64,000 nt of DNA from Heteronotia binoei. Lineage: Eukaryota. The stretch is from contig NC_083227.1 in the NCBI RefSeq assembly GCF_032191835.1, positions 83,080,001 through 83,144,000 of the forward strand. The letters run 5' to 3'. Below the pieces are notes generated by a model. It saw nothing but the letters and a program-made list of their open reading frames with translations, did no database searches and was not told where the DNA came from. Of the stretch, positions 36,870 through 49,803 are shown piece after piece. The position numbers and the translations under genes were made by a program. Position 1 is the stretch's first letter. Every line of letters starts with the position of its first letter.

Positions 36870-37380
36870 TTGTTCACCATAGGGAACACATCCTCCCAGT
36901 GCTTAAAGAGCTCCACTGGTTGCCAGTCTAAGTGCCGGTTTCACCTTTAAATCCCTAAGAAATCTGCAATCAGATACCTATAGGACTACCTGCACCCCCA
37001 CAAGTCTTCTTTACAGACATGATCTACATCCTGCTATGTGTGCCCTGCTTTCAGAAGTGAGGCGGGGCTACCCAGGTCAGGACTTTCTTTGTTATGGCCC
37101 ATTGTTTAAGGGGTACCCTCCCTGTAGCCTCCTGCTTGGAAACACCACTGATACGTCTGTCCATGAGCTTTTTGTTTTCACAAGCATTCTTAAATAGTTA
37201 ACTGCATTTTTTGTTTTGTTTTTGTAATTGCCTTCATTGGTTCTGCTTATTATTCCTGTACTTTTGCTGCTGCCAGTTATTTTATTTGTTAACTATTTTA
37301 TCATAGCCTTTTGCACTTTCAATCTAATGTCACTCATACTGAATTTTTATTGCTTTGTATATTTTAATGTTGAAAACCAC
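36870..37380 (+). mobile_element. Degenerate L2 3' fragment
   Basis: gaacacatcctcccagtgcttaaagagctccactggttgccagt translates to EHILPVLKELHWLP, the L2 ORF2 C-terminal motif. Confidence 0.65.
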
Positions 37381-37599
37381 CTTGTAAACTTTTAATTCAG
37401 AGTGCAACATTTAAATATATTGCACGAACAAGCAAATAAACAGCATTGTGTATTTACCTCCATGAGAAAAACATCATCTGGAAAGACTTTACTGGAAAAG
37501 ATACTGCATACAGTTATGGTACAATATAAATGCCCAGCAAGAATTCTCTCACTGAACAGACCAAGGGCCCTTTATATTTATGCTTCTAACAGTGACTAG

Positions 37600-38000
37600 T
37601 GAGGAGCTTCTGGGACACCAACAGCCATGGTAGAGAGCCATCTGAAGTTGCTTGTCTCCAGCAAATGGTGGAAGATCAACTTAGATGCCATGACTAATAT
37701 TTCTTGATCAATTCATCTTCCATGAATATCATACATTGTTGTATTAAAATGTCAGTGAAGCAAATCTCCCACAGTCAATTCACCCAGGCCACAAATGTCA
37801 AGTCTTTGAGGTGTTGGGAATGATAGCCTGATTATTTTAGCCAGTACTGGACAGTACCCAGCAATTCCATTCTGGTATGTCATATGCCTGTTCTCTCTAG
37901 CTTGGAAAGACTTGATCAGGAATGACATACCGCTTTAAATGGCCTCATGAAAAACTACCAGTAGGATATTAAGTCAATTTCTTCCCCAAAACTAAAACAT
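37600..38000 (-). mobile_element. Old LINE ORF2 C-terminal remnant, clade uncertain
   Basis: The minus strand translates in part to FPTPQRLDICGLGELTVGDLLH, resembling the C-terminal zinc-knuckle region of non-LTR ORF2. Confidence 0.4.
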
Positions 38001-39019
38001 ATTAGTTGTAAGGTGGCTAGAAAGTATTCAAACTGAACAGTTCAACATTGAACTTGTGCCTATTAAGAACAATTCTGGCCATATGACCACTTCCCAACAG
38101 TAGTATGGAACAGAAGGCAGTATCATAGGTTGTGCCCAAATGTAGTGCAGTGGTTATAGTATCCGGTTCACAAATACTTCTCCCCACACACACCTAGTGA
38201 CCCCTGCTCCACACCCAGAGGTGATCTTGAACCAGTTATTCTTTCCCTCAGCCTCATCTAACCTTCCTGGGTTGCTGTGGAGAAGAGAACCATGTAAAAC
38301 TCTTTGAGTTCCTTGAACGAGGTGCAGAATAAAAATAGTTTGTGTCCCTGTGTTCTTGGTTCTGCAGGGCTTACACTGCAACCTGCAAGAATAGAAAGGT
38401 GCCAAAGAGGGTGTCATCAAAAGGAAAGTGCAATTTTTCGCCCCATGCTCATTGCTGCTTGTAGATAATGAGGAACAACTTAGGAAGATGACACTTCATT
38501 TGCCATTGTGGGAGATCCTCTTGACTCAATCAGCAGGATGAGCATTCACCCCCCTGCTACAACCTCACAGTCTTAGTTGCAGTCTATAACCTGCCTCATG
38601 AACAAAAGTTTTCTTCTTGGGTTTTGCTCACAGACCCATCTGAAATATAGGATGTGTATGTGTGTGTGTGTTTTTTTTCCTTATTGTTCAGAGTGGGGAT
38701 GATTGCTCCCCATTACCCAAGTCTTCCAAAAGGCATGAGAAATTATTCAGGAACAATGCAGCTCTCAGCTGAGAGGGCTTTTGGAGCAGAGAAGGAGAAC
38801 ACGTGAGGGAGAGAAAGGGGGGAGGGACGGAGCAAAGAGAGTGGAAAAGGGGAGATGCCCACATGAAATGACTAGACACGCCAACTAGCTAGGCAGCCCC
38901 ATCCCTAGGAACCCAGTCTTTGAAATGAGAAATGTTTTTCCTATCTTAAATCTCAAGTACAAACAATAAAAACCAGCCCAGGCTATGTTCTTTGAAGAGA
39001 AAGTACGAGTGACCTGAGC

Positions 39020-39470
39020 AGTGGTTATCAGCTGCGTCATTAAGATAAACCCTTAACATGATTTAAAGCATCCGAAACTGAAGGCAGCACTTTCAGATAC
39101 TAACAAAATGGCCTGACATTGGGGATGAAAATCAATAGTAATCAGATGCCACTGAAAATACTCAAAAGTGTCCCCTGACTGATGGAGGTGAGATTAGTGT
39201 AAATATTTGTATTCTAATCAGTGGCACGCGAGGGTTGGAGGCGGCCTCTCTGTCTATTTAATTAATGGAGTGGCTTTTAAAAAGGATCCTAATCATATGT
39301 GATTGTATCTGCTTATCAACATTTTTGCTAATTAGATGATATGGAGGCAGTCGTTCTGCTAATTCCCTCATCCGAACAGCATATCCTGCACAGATAAAGT
39401 GCAGTCTCTTTTTTAATAAGAAACAATCATGAGACAGACTAACCTTAATGGTGCTTATTATCCTTGGAGC
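39020..39470. promoter_or_regulatory. Candidate enhancer: repeat-free segment with clustered WGATAA sites
   Basis: WGATAA at 39025-30 (overlapping E-box CAGCTG), 39043-48, 39313-18 and 39392-97, plus several TAAT sites. Function untested. Confidence 0.3.
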
Positions 39471-39823
39471 TTTCCCTCCACCTCCACCTCTCCCCTTACT
39501 TAGCTTTTAGTTCTAGAATGCCAGATGGGCAGAACTCTCGTGGCCCTCACTCCTTTGCCCTGGTCACGGATTAAATACGATCCTCTTCTCCATGGAAAGG
39601 AGTATACCGAGATCTCCATGAGGCTTTTCTCCTAGACTGTGTCTGCTGCCAGCAGCTGCATTTCTCATTGCTGGCAAAGCAAAACAGGCTTTGCTTGTCA
39701 ACCAGTATTAACTACTTTTCATGACTTCCAAACTTAACTAAAGCGGGTTTCCAGCTGACACCTGTAGGAGTCCCCTCAGCTACTGGGCCTTCCTGGAAAG
39801 TGATGTTGCATACTTCCTGTTAG

Positions 39824-40001
39824 CAGGGCTTTTTTTGTAGCAGGAACTCATTTGCATATTAGGTCACACCCCCATGATGTAGCCAAGCCTCCAAGAGCCC
39901 TCTCTTCTTACAGGGCCTATTGTAAACTCTTGGAGGATTGGCTACACCAGGGGTGTGTGGCTTAATATGCAAAAGAGTTCCTGCTACAAAAAAAAGCCCT
40001 G
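39824..40001. mobile_element. Palindromic CAGGGCTTTTT-terminus hAT MITE
   Basis: Perfect TSD cctgttag at 39816-39823 and 40002-40009. The whole element is a foldback. Confidence 0.93.
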
Positions 40002-41292
40002 CCTGTTAGGAAGACTCAGCAAAGAGAATATGGTGTTGAGTGGGGTTTGGAGAGTGCTGTTGTTGCTTTGGTCTTTCAGTTTTATTGTATTTTTGTGATT
40101 GTGGGTACTTTGTTAGTTCCCCTGAATCCACCAAGAAAAGCAGGATATAAATATTTCAATAAATCATCAAAAATATATTGGATGGCCCTCTCTACAAGCC
40201 CACCTTGCTCCATCCTCAGTGAAGATGCATTTCCACTCTAATCATCTCTCTTCTACCCTGCCAACAGAGGGGAATAACTACTCTTGGAGTTGGCACATCT
40301 GCATTTGCCAAGAAGTACTGCCCCACTGTAATTAGCAACTGCTCTCTGAGACTGTAGAAGTGAATGCAGGGAACTGGAAAAACTCCATCCTCTGCTGTCT
40401 GATCCTTAGAAACATTGATAGTGCCATCCTTTGGAGGCCTATTCAGAATCCTACTCAAATCTAATCCCAGGAAATGTTTTTTAAGATTGCACTGTTAGCC
40501 TTTCAGTCTGCTTTTATGGTGATGATTTTAAAGGGGTTATCTATTGAGGCCTTTTCACAGTCTTTAAAATTGTGTTTCATCCCTTGTACATACACATATT
40601 TAAAAATAAATAATCATACCTAATTTCCCTCCAAATCCTCACCCCTCCAGCCAGGTATCCAATAGCTTTTTAAAACTAGCCTCCTGACCTAGGAAAGCCT
40701 TTCCAAGCTGTGAACCTCTCCATACTTGGTGATTTGTTTTTCTTGTGTTTAAAGAGGAGGAGGGTGATAGGGTCACAGCCATAGGTTTATAGGCAGCCCA
40801 TTAATCCCACAACAAGGCCTGGATCTTTTTATCTAAAACAACATGAGCTTGAGACATTTGCTCCAAGTACTTTGAGTATCCAAACAAACAAAGGTCACAC
40901 TTCACTCTGCCAGTCAAGCTGTCATCAAATTCTTCACCCCACCACTGTCCCTCCCCAACCGCCACTCCCTTATGGGCATGTTGAGATTTTCCTGTTTTTC
41001 CAAAGAGGAGCTTTGTTAGATGATTTCACTCTAGAGCACAAGTAACATGTGAGCTGGGGAAGCCAGGCTTGCGGATAGTTTATGTTCTGTTACTGCCTGC
41101 ACATGTCACTGGCATGACCTCGTGGATCGACTTAAGCCTGCAATACAATAACAGGCCAAAACAGCTGCTAAACATATGCTTCTACAGGGCATGGGGTGGG
41201 GGAGAGAAACTGTCACCATCAAAAGCAGTAAAATCTTGGGATCCAGATCCATGGATGGCATGACTGGCTAGTCTTTCATTCTGCTCTTATGC

Positions 41293-41512
41293 AGAGGTCC
41301 ATCAGTGGCTATTAGCCACAGTGTATTGTTGGAACTCTCTGAGTGGGGCAGGGATGCTCTGTATTCTTGGTGCTTGGGGGGGGCACAGTGGGAGGACTGG
41401 TGGACCTCTTGATGGCACTTGATTTTTATGGCCACTGTGTGACACAGAGTGTTGGACTAGATGAGCCATTGGCCTGATCCAACATGGCTTCTGTTATGTT
41501 CTTATGTTCTAA
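41293..41512 (+). mobile_element. CR1 LINE 3' end, heavily 5'-truncated
   Basis: ggtccatcagtggctattagccac...ggcctgatccaacatggcttctgttatgttcttatgttct, the CR1 tail repeat. Confidence 0.9.
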
Positions 41513-41737
41513 CGCTATGTTCTGCTGCATTTTGAGCAAATGATGGCACAAAAGAGGGTGATGCCACCTAAATGTGATACAATGGAGACTGCATGTCAGG
41601 AGAAGAAGAGATTCCAGAAACCTGAAGGCAGTTTAAAAGCAATTTTATTAAATGGTTTAAACAAAAAGGCACAGCACACCTTCTCCTTTAAGATAATCAC
41701 CACATACAGATTGCACTCTGGTAAACAGTTCTCAGAG

Positions 41738-42080
41738 GAACAAAGTTTGAGTCCAGTGGCACCTCTAAGACCAACAAAGTTTTATTCAAGAGATAAGCTT
41801 TCATGTGCATGTGGACTTCTTCAGAAACAGTGAAATGGAAATTACCAGTCCACTCCATACATATAGGTAAGAGAGCAAACAGTAAATTAACATATAACAC
41901 AATGAAGATGTTTAACAGATTCAAGGACCAAACAGGAGTAACAAGTTTAGTTTATATGGTGACTATATGTTTGGGTTTAATTCCAGGAGAAAACAGAGTA
42001 AAAGAAATATGTCAAAATTGGAGATTGATGGCCAGAAGTATCCTTAATAGTGGAATGCTGAGAGTAATTAACAGAGACCC
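41738..42080 (-). mobile_element. Penelope-like element terminal fragment with degenerate hammerhead core
   Basis: Minus strand reads ctgaaga-agtccacatgcacat-gaaa-gcttat (core 41799-41824), followed by gttggtcttagaggtgccactggactc, which resembles 57370-57405. Confidence 0.65.
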
Positions 42081-42249
42081 TGTTGTTATGCTCCATCCCT
42101 CTCCTCTCAAGCATGGAGGTGGCCTTCAGCATTTTCTTTGCTTCCCCCCACCGCCATGCCACTCTCCTGATCCTACCTTACTCCCATCTGGAACCTGTGG
42201 TCCCAGAAAGACAAACAAAACATTTGCCTAAGAAAGTCTGCTTCAGTGG

Positions 42250-42445
42250 ACTGTTTATCTACTTCATTTATACTCTGCCTGTCTCCTCTCCACCTTTTTA
42301 TCCTCACAACAACTTTGTGAAGTTGGTTAGGCTGAGAGAGTGATGATCCCAAGATCACCCAGCAAGCTTCCATGGCAGAGTGGGGATTTGAACCTGGGTC
42401 TCCAGATCCTGGTGTGATGCTCTAATCACTATACCATACTGACTC
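42250..42445 (-). mobile_element. Short MIR-like (Squam3-type) SINE
   Basis: cctcacaacaactttgtgaagttggttaggctgagagag...ggggatttgaacctgggtctcc...ctaatcactataccat. Confidence 0.8.
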
Positions 42446-42842
42446 ACTTCAGTAGCAAGAACTGTGTGTTTCTGCAAATTGGAATATGCCTCTATCAGGT
42501 ACACACCAGCTGAGACACTCCTTGCCCCATCTCTTTGAATTCCAAAACAGAGAGCCAGGTGCTAAAATGACTGACAGCCCTGAAGACATATGATTGTCAG
42601 TAACTGTTGCTGATTTTTCAATCTGGATCAATTATACTAAATATATATAAAAATAAAGACTATTCAATTCCAAGTTTGATTAGTTAATATCTGAATGCAC
42701 ACTCCTGTCTCAAAGTGCATGTGCACTTGGTTAATCTTTTTTCCAGTGTACTTTGAATTATGGGCTTGCTTCAGATGAATTAGCAAACCATGACTTGCTG
42801 GTGTTTGAGCCTTGAAAGATTTCAGTTTGGATGCCAATAGTC

Positions 42843-44275
42843 ATGGGGGGGGATGGCAAGTCCTTTCATGGATCAAAAACTGGCTAATTAATAGGAAACA
42901 GAGTATAAATCGGAAATTTTCACAGTGGAGAGTGGTAAACAGTAGGGTATTGTAGGGATCAGTATTGGGTCTGTTGCTTTTTAACTTGTTCCTTAATGAT
43001 TTGGTGTTGGGAGTAAGCAGTGAAGTGGCTAAGTTTGCGGATGACATTAAATTGTTCAGGGTAGTGAGCAATGTTCCCTCTAAGCTGCAGAGCCTTGTGA
43101 GCAAAAATTCTACTTTGTGAGCTACTCAAATAAAAGTTGTGAGCTACTGGCATTAAAGTTGCGAGCTCCTGCATAAATTAGTGTTCTCTGGGGTCATCCT
43201 TCCTAAGCTAACACAAAAATGTGTGAGCTGGAGGCTAAAAATCTGTGAGCTAGCTCATGCTAACTCAGCTTAGAGGGAACATTGTGTGAGAATCAGGGAG
43301 GATTGAGAGGCACTCCAAAGAGATCTGTTGAGGATGGGTGAGTGGATGTCAACATGGCAAATGAGGTTCAGTGTGGCCAAGTGCAAATTAATGTACATTG
43401 GGGCCAAAAATCCTAACTATAAATATATGTTGATGGAGTCTGAACTGGTGGAGACTGACCAAGAGAGAAATCTTGGAGTCATGGTAGATAACTCACTGAA
43501 AATGTTGAGACAGTATGCCACTGTAATTTAAAAAAAAAAAAGACCAACACTGCTGGGGATTATTAGGAAGGGAACTGAAAACAAATCAGCCAATATCATA
43601 ATGCCACTGTATTATGGTGCACCCTCATTTTTGAATACTGTATACAATTCTCATCACCATACCTCAAAAAAGATATCATAGCATTCAAAAAAAGTCCAGA
43701 AAAGGGCAACTAGAATGATTAAAGAGTTAGAACACTTTCCCTATGAGGAAAGGTTAAAGCGCTTGGGGCTCTTTAGCTTGAAGAGATGATGACTAGTGGG
43801 TGACATGATAGAGGTTTACAAGATTATGCATGGGACAGAGAAAGTAGAGAAAGAAGTATTTTTTCCCTTTCTCACAATACAAGAACTCATGAACACTCAA
43901 TGAAATTGCTGAGCAGTTGGATTCGAAACGATAAATGGAAGTACTTCTTCACCCAATGGATGATTAACACATGGAATTCACTGCCACAAAAGGTGGTGGC
44001 AGCTACAAGCATAGATGGCTTCAAGAGGGGATTGGATAAACAAATGGAGCATAGGTCCATCAATGGCTATTAGCCACAAGGTGTAGATGGAACTCTGTGC
44101 GGGGCAAGTGAGACTGCATTCTTGGTGCTTGGGGGCGGCAACAATGGGAGAGCTTCTAGTGTCCTGGCCCCACTGGTGGACCTCCTGATGGCACCTGGGT
44201 TTTTTTGCCACTGTGTGACACAGAATGTAGGATGGGGCTACTGGCCTGATCCAACATGGCTTCTTTTAAATTCTT
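42843..44275 (+). mobile_element. CR1 LINE, 5'-truncated and degraded, with nested MITE
   Basis: RT motifs GSVLG..LFNLF.NDL and AKFADD (42955-43050), ORF 43328-43531, and CR1 3' UTR ending ggcctgatccaacatggcttc. Confidence 0.93.
43069..43284. mobile_element. hAT-type MITE inserted in CR1
   Basis: 19-bp perfect TIR caatgttccctctaagctg / cagcttagagggaacattg. Internal gtgagct repeats. Confidence 0.9.
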
Positions 44276-45583
44276 AATGTCTGATGTCTTCTCTTTCTCC
44301 TTTCATCTGCAGCAAGTTAATTACTGTTACTTTAACTTTTATGGCAAACTATAGTTACATCCAAACTGGCAAATGTGCACTTGCCCTGCAAACAGGTTTC
44401 CAAACTTGGAACTCCAGAGGTGCTCTATAGACTACACAAAGTATAATTTGCTGGTTTTGATCAAGTGGCAAAACAAGGGTTGCCCTCAGATCTTTACCTT
44501 TATACCCTAATACAACTGTAAGTGATTTGAGCAAATCTTCCCATGTAACTTTCATTCAATTAGGAGTATCCACAAAGTGGAAATACTTTTAGAATTATGT
44601 CAGTGGGTTTAATTTTTAAAAAAATACTAATTGATCATATGGAATGAATGGGTCCTTTTATATAACTTAGTTCATATTGTTTGTATGTTTTTCAGTTTTG
44701 TAAACCCCTGATGAACAGCCTACGGCTTGAAACATTAAACTAGTTCAACATTAAAAACATTTGGATTGTAAGATTTTCTTGATATTATTTTCTTGAGGCT
44801 AGTTTTGCAGTAGATCTAGATCACAATCACTACCCCTTGCCAAAAAAAAAAAACCCACCAGAGAGAGAGAAATTCAAAAGAACAGATCACTAACATCACA
44901 GAGATAACCATTCCTTTCTAGAACTGGTCAAGAGTCAGTGAGAGAAACAGGGCTAAAGCAACTAGTATTTGTTTTAGAGGTCACTAGTTAGCTTGGTATT
45001 TTTGCAGCTGTGAGTTGAATTGAGAAGACATGAATGACATAAATCTTAGTCAATCCATCCCCCACAGGCACATCTGGAAATGGCAGGATGAAGTTTCTAC
45101 GCATGCTGTACCCTCCACCCAAGAAATCACTCCTATATTTCAGTAATTGAGACTGCCCTCTGTCCATGAGCTGGATCCCAGCTGCAAACTTATAGATGGC
45201 AGAAAGTAGGGCAGAAAGCTTGTCATCCCTGGAGCACATTAACTCAAAATTACAAAGTTGGGGTGGGGGGTAAGAGTGAAGGAGGCAAGCATGGCAACAA
45301 GATAGAGCCTATTAATTACATTGCAGGTACTCAGGGCTTTATATGCAACTCTTTAGTAGGAGATACTCTCAGAGTTACTGGTGGCAGCAGTGTTACCCAG
45401 GTTTTTTTGGCACACTCAGGGAATGAGGACAAAGAGTGGGGGAGCAGAAAGGAGATTTGAGAAATCTATGGGGGTTTCTGACCTTCTGGGAACCAACCCA
45501 AAGGACAGGGTGAGCTTGCAAGTACATTCCTTTATGCATACCATACAACAATTTTAAAGAAACTGAAATTATGGAAAATAATT

Positions 45584-45743
45584 CAGGGCTTTTTTTCTGG
45601 GAGAGCGTAGTGGAACAGAGTTCCAGAACCATTTTGTGGAAACAAAATTCTTTTAAAAATGTTTAAAAGTTCATGAGGGGCACCCCTGTGTTTGTTTTTC
45701 TCTTCAGAGTTCTGGCACCTCTTTTTCCAGAAAAAAATACCTG
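45584..45743. mobile_element. CAGGGCTTTTT-terminus MITE, different internal type
   Basis: Termini cagggctttttttctgg and ccagaaaaaaatacctg. No TSD recognised. Confidence 0.65.
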
Positions 45744-46411
45744 GACAAGATCATCCAGTGAGTATTAGGAACAGTGAAATGCCCTAGAAATAAGCATCAC
45801 AAAACACAGAGTTGGATGAGTTGAGGAAACAATATCAACTTTAGCTTCTTAAGAATAGGCTAGTTTATCAAATCTGAAGAACTTGGATTTTGTGAATTAA
45901 AAAGCCTGTGCTAACCTTCAAGTGATTTCATCCTTTTATATTAAAGAAATGATCTGCCATTTGTTAAAATGAATAGCTTCTGTAGTTTTTGAGCAGAGTT
46001 CTACATTCATTTTTGTCTCTTCCTAACTATTAAATTAAATGGTTGCTTTATATTAGCCCCAGTTTTCTATGAGTCAATATGTTGGTCTTGACCAGGTTGT
46101 ATATAGAAGGCAAACTCTACATTAATAGTGATTGAAGTGGTGAAGTTGTGGTCATAAAAAAGACTTACTATTTTGTTTCCTGACTGTGATCAGTTACTCT
46201 GTCTTCTATATAACCTTGTCAAAAGCAGGTGTGGTAATGCAGTAACCTAGTACACTGTGAGACATTTATTGGACTGAGAAGTTAGACATGCAATCAATTC
46301 ACAGATTCTCCTTTAACTCGTCAGTGAATTCTCATCATCTTAGTATTTCTCAGTCAGTTCTATTTCAGTAAAATAGTAATGTGAATAACATGTTAATAGA
46401 AGATTAATTTA

Positions 46412-48344
46412 TAGGGATAGGCTTGAACTAGCTCACAAACTAAAGTTTAAAATGAACTTTCACAAGTGAAGTTCATGGCAGGTCAGTTGGCACAAGCTTT
46501 CCACAAACTTTCAAGCTGTAAGTAGAGGTTTGTGGCAGTTTGTGAATGGATGCATATCCAGATAGACTGTCTTCACTGGATCAAAATGTTTACCAAACTT
46601 CAAAGCAAGAGGGGCAAAATTCTTCAGTGTTTCTCCTTGGAAACACTCTGGTCAGTTTCAAACTAGTCATGTCAGTTTCAAGACTGCCCCACCCCACCCC
46701 TTTGCCAGCATTCCTGTATTCCCTTACCATTTTCTTGCACAAATCTTGCAAAACCCCATCCCCTTGCTTGGATTTGTTGTGACTCCACTTTGAGAGCAGT
46801 TCTTTTGAGCTTGCAATGCCAGTGGTACTGGGTTCTGCTGGGCATTCTGCACATTGTAACTGCAGGAATTCTCTGGTTCAACTTTAGTCCTCCATTTGCT
46901 TGCATTGACAAAGTGGCACTGGGTTCTGCTGTGCTTGCAACCTGCCCCCCTCTACTTGGAGTGTGATTCTGTGCTTCACATCGGTCCTGTTGAGTGGGAT
47001 TGCCACAATGGCACTGGGTTCTGCTGGGCACCAGTACATTGCACTGGTTCTGCTGGGGGATGTACTAAAAGAAATTAAAGATTTCCCACTGGAAACAATG
47101 GGAGAGCCTTGAGGACCCTTTGGAGATAATTGGAGTCAGGAATGCCAGTTGACTTGCATGGGCTCCATCAAAACATATTACAGTACAAATTACTTGCAAT
47201 GAAAATGTAGAGTGGATTTTCAATTAAATGAACTGCTGTCGGCCTGGAATAACAGGCCTCAGAGGAAAATGTCAACACCCAGAAATAGAATGATTACTCT
47301 GGGACTGGAATGGCAGCCCCCAAAGCAGAATAACAGTCTCTGGGAGTGGCAGAAGTGTTCTGGGAGTGGAATGACAGCACCCAGAGTGGAATGGGAGGCC
47401 TTGAGGATAGGAGAAGTCTATTGACACAGGAATGGCATGTTGCAAAATGGAATCACAGAAATGTTCTGGAGTTGGAATGGAAGCCCTGCAGAAGTGTTCT
47501 GGCACTGAAATGACAGGCCCTACCCCAAACTGGAATGATGGCTCCTGGGAGCAGCAGAAGTGTTCTGGAACTGGAATGGCAGCCCCTGAAGTGGAATGAC
47601 AGCCATTGGGAGTAGGAGAGCTGTTTTGGGACAGGAATGACAGGTTGCAGAATGGAATGATAGCCCCTGGGAGTAGCAGAAGTGTTCTGGAGCTGGAATG
47701 ACAGCCACCAGAGTGCACGGTGCAAAACATTGCTCCCGTGATACCGAGTAGCTTTAGTCCACCTAATGTCCATACCCCACTGGAGTGAGGTGTGCACAAT
47801 CAGGAGGTGTGGAAAGGTATAAAATATGGGTCCTCAGCCAAGGCACCCAGTAGCTAAGCCACTATGCCTGGTGTGAGCAGAGAGATGGGATGGCTCAGAA
47901 CCCTGAGACCATCTAATACCCAAACCCCACCAGGGGACAGGTACTCACAATCAGAAATAAATTAATGTGCTCTGTTTTTAACTAGTTCCCTGCCTTTCTA
48001 ACTGCCAACAACATCCAACAGAAGAGAGAGTGCAGAGATCTGCTGAGCATATACATAGCATTTGGATTCCATAGAGCAGAATAGGAACTCTGTTATTGAC
48101 AGGCAGCAGCATCTGTTAAGCTTCAGAGGGCCTCTATTGGTGTTTTCAAGGCTGAAGAATCCTTCCCCCCCACCCAAATATTTTGAAGTTTGATAAACAT
48201 TTTGATTCATGAACTGCCATGAACCATTTGAAAGTTCATGGAACTAGTTTGTGCTGACTGACCTGCCACAAACTTCAGTTTGTGAACCACAAACCAGTCA
48301 AAATTAATCACAAACGTTTGTTTGTGATCCAGTTGGTGTCCCTA
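46412..48344. mobile_element. Non-autonomous hAT-type element with long subterminal inverted repeats
   Basis: Termini tagggatagg and ggtgtcccta. About 200-250 nt of imperfect inverted arms (46412-46630 vs 48150-48344). TSD ttaattta vs ttaatgtc, 6/8 match. Confidence 0.75.
47250..47720. repeat. Degenerate GGAATG-based tandem array with higher-order repeat
   Basis: Many (t)ggaatg units and recurring gcagaagtgttctgg. Blocks starting near 47340 and 47547 are similar, a period of about 205 nt. Confidence 0.85.
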
Positions 48345-49479
48345 TTAATGTCATGTTGAAGGTATCTGACGGTTTGATCAGACAACCTTTTTGTTCCAAT
48401 GTCATTGCTCCTTCCTACCAGATTTAACATGCTCATCCAGACAATGACATTGTCAGCCCGCCCTCATCCTCAACCCCGACTCTTCCGGCACCAAAGAAAG
48501 TCTGATATTTATGGATTAATTGTTCTCACTGCACATTTACAGATATCTGATCTCTCTGTTGCACGCTCAAGCTGTTTGGGAGGTCTAAAACTTCCACTCC
48601 CTGACCAACATTTTTTCCTACAGTTAGCAATATGCGTATTGCCCCTGGCAAATAAGCTGTTCTGCACATGCACAAAGTAGACTTTTTTAAAAAGGAGCTG
48701 CCCACCTGCTCCATGGTGACTGTGCAGCAGTAGTCTGATCGGTCTTGATCGGTCGATCACAGGGTGAAGTGGGATTAGGGTGGCATGTCTAGTCAAAACT
48801 CTCCAGAGAAATTAGAGGTGGAACCAGACAGTGCTAAGCCTGTTATCTGACCACAGCCTAAACTCCATACAGCCTTGGGTAACTTCCACTTGACCTATTG
48901 CTGACAGCTGCCATAAGCAATATGCGACCAGTGGAGAACAGAATCCACACACCCCATCTCCATGTAGCTTATGGCTGCCACCACGCTCCCCCTTCATTTA
49001 CAATCCATCTGCACAAAAGCTCAGACTTGTCAGAGATCATGCCAAACCCCCATAACCTGGCAACCCTCTTTCCCCTTCACAGCTGAGCTGCGCTGTAAAG
49101 CTACAGTGCAGCACAGCTAGAAATAGAAAAAGGCCCATTAGAGACCTCCAGGGAGGAAATGCAAAGCTTAACTCAGAGACTCCCAGCCTTTTTGAACATG
49201 CAGGCACCTTTGGATTTCTGACACAGGTGCAAACATAAAATGGCTGCCACTGAAAGTAGAAGTATTCACAAAAGAGCTGCTGCAGGAAATTAGAGAAAAG
49301 CACAAAATGGCTGTTGCAGGAAGTGGTGCCAATTACAAGAGCTGCCACCAGGGGCAGCGCCAACCACAAAATGTCAGTGAGTGAGATTACTCTTAACTCT
49401 AATAGTAATTCAAAATGTAATGCGAAAACTCTTCTTAATATAATGCACTTTTCAATGAGCATATTGTTTAAAAAATATT

Positions 49480-49730
49480 TTCTGGCTTATGCACAGTTTA
49501 CCTTCAGGCACCTACTGAAGATTCTTTTGTTATGGTAGCAGTTGCTGCTGCCGAAGCATTTTTAAAAAAAATTGCAGCATTAACCAAATCTCCACTGGCC
49601 AATCAGAAGTCCTGATGGGCAAAGGTCCCACCTGGCTCTGCCTGCTGTCTACAAACACATGGCAACTGCCAGGAAAGATTTCAATGAGCACCATGGTACC
49701 TACAAGTGCCATGTTGGGGGATCCTGGTTT
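49480..49730. mobile_element. hAT (Charlie-like) right-end fragment
   Basis: Ends gccatgttgggggatcctg. Homologous segment in the same orientation at about 30370-30570. Confidence 0.55.
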
Positions 49731-49803
49731 AACTCCTGCAGTTTGAAGGTAGAACTTAACTCCACACTTTCCCCACACTGGCTAAGGGTGGAGCATCCAG
49801 TGG

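Noticed and set aside
44700-44750. CTGATGA-(AGCC tac GGCT)-GAAAC as a third hammerhead
   Set aside because: Helix I cannot be formed and helix III has at most 2 bp. Such cores are expected by chance a few times in 64 kb on both strands. It could still be a decayed Penelope end.
48400-49000. Old LINE endonuclease or DIRS remnant
   Set aside because: Only weak LD...SD-like hints after several stops, not enough to call.
49344-49360. CCACCAGGGGCAGC as a CTCF site
   Set aside because: One G short of the core consensus, with no other support.
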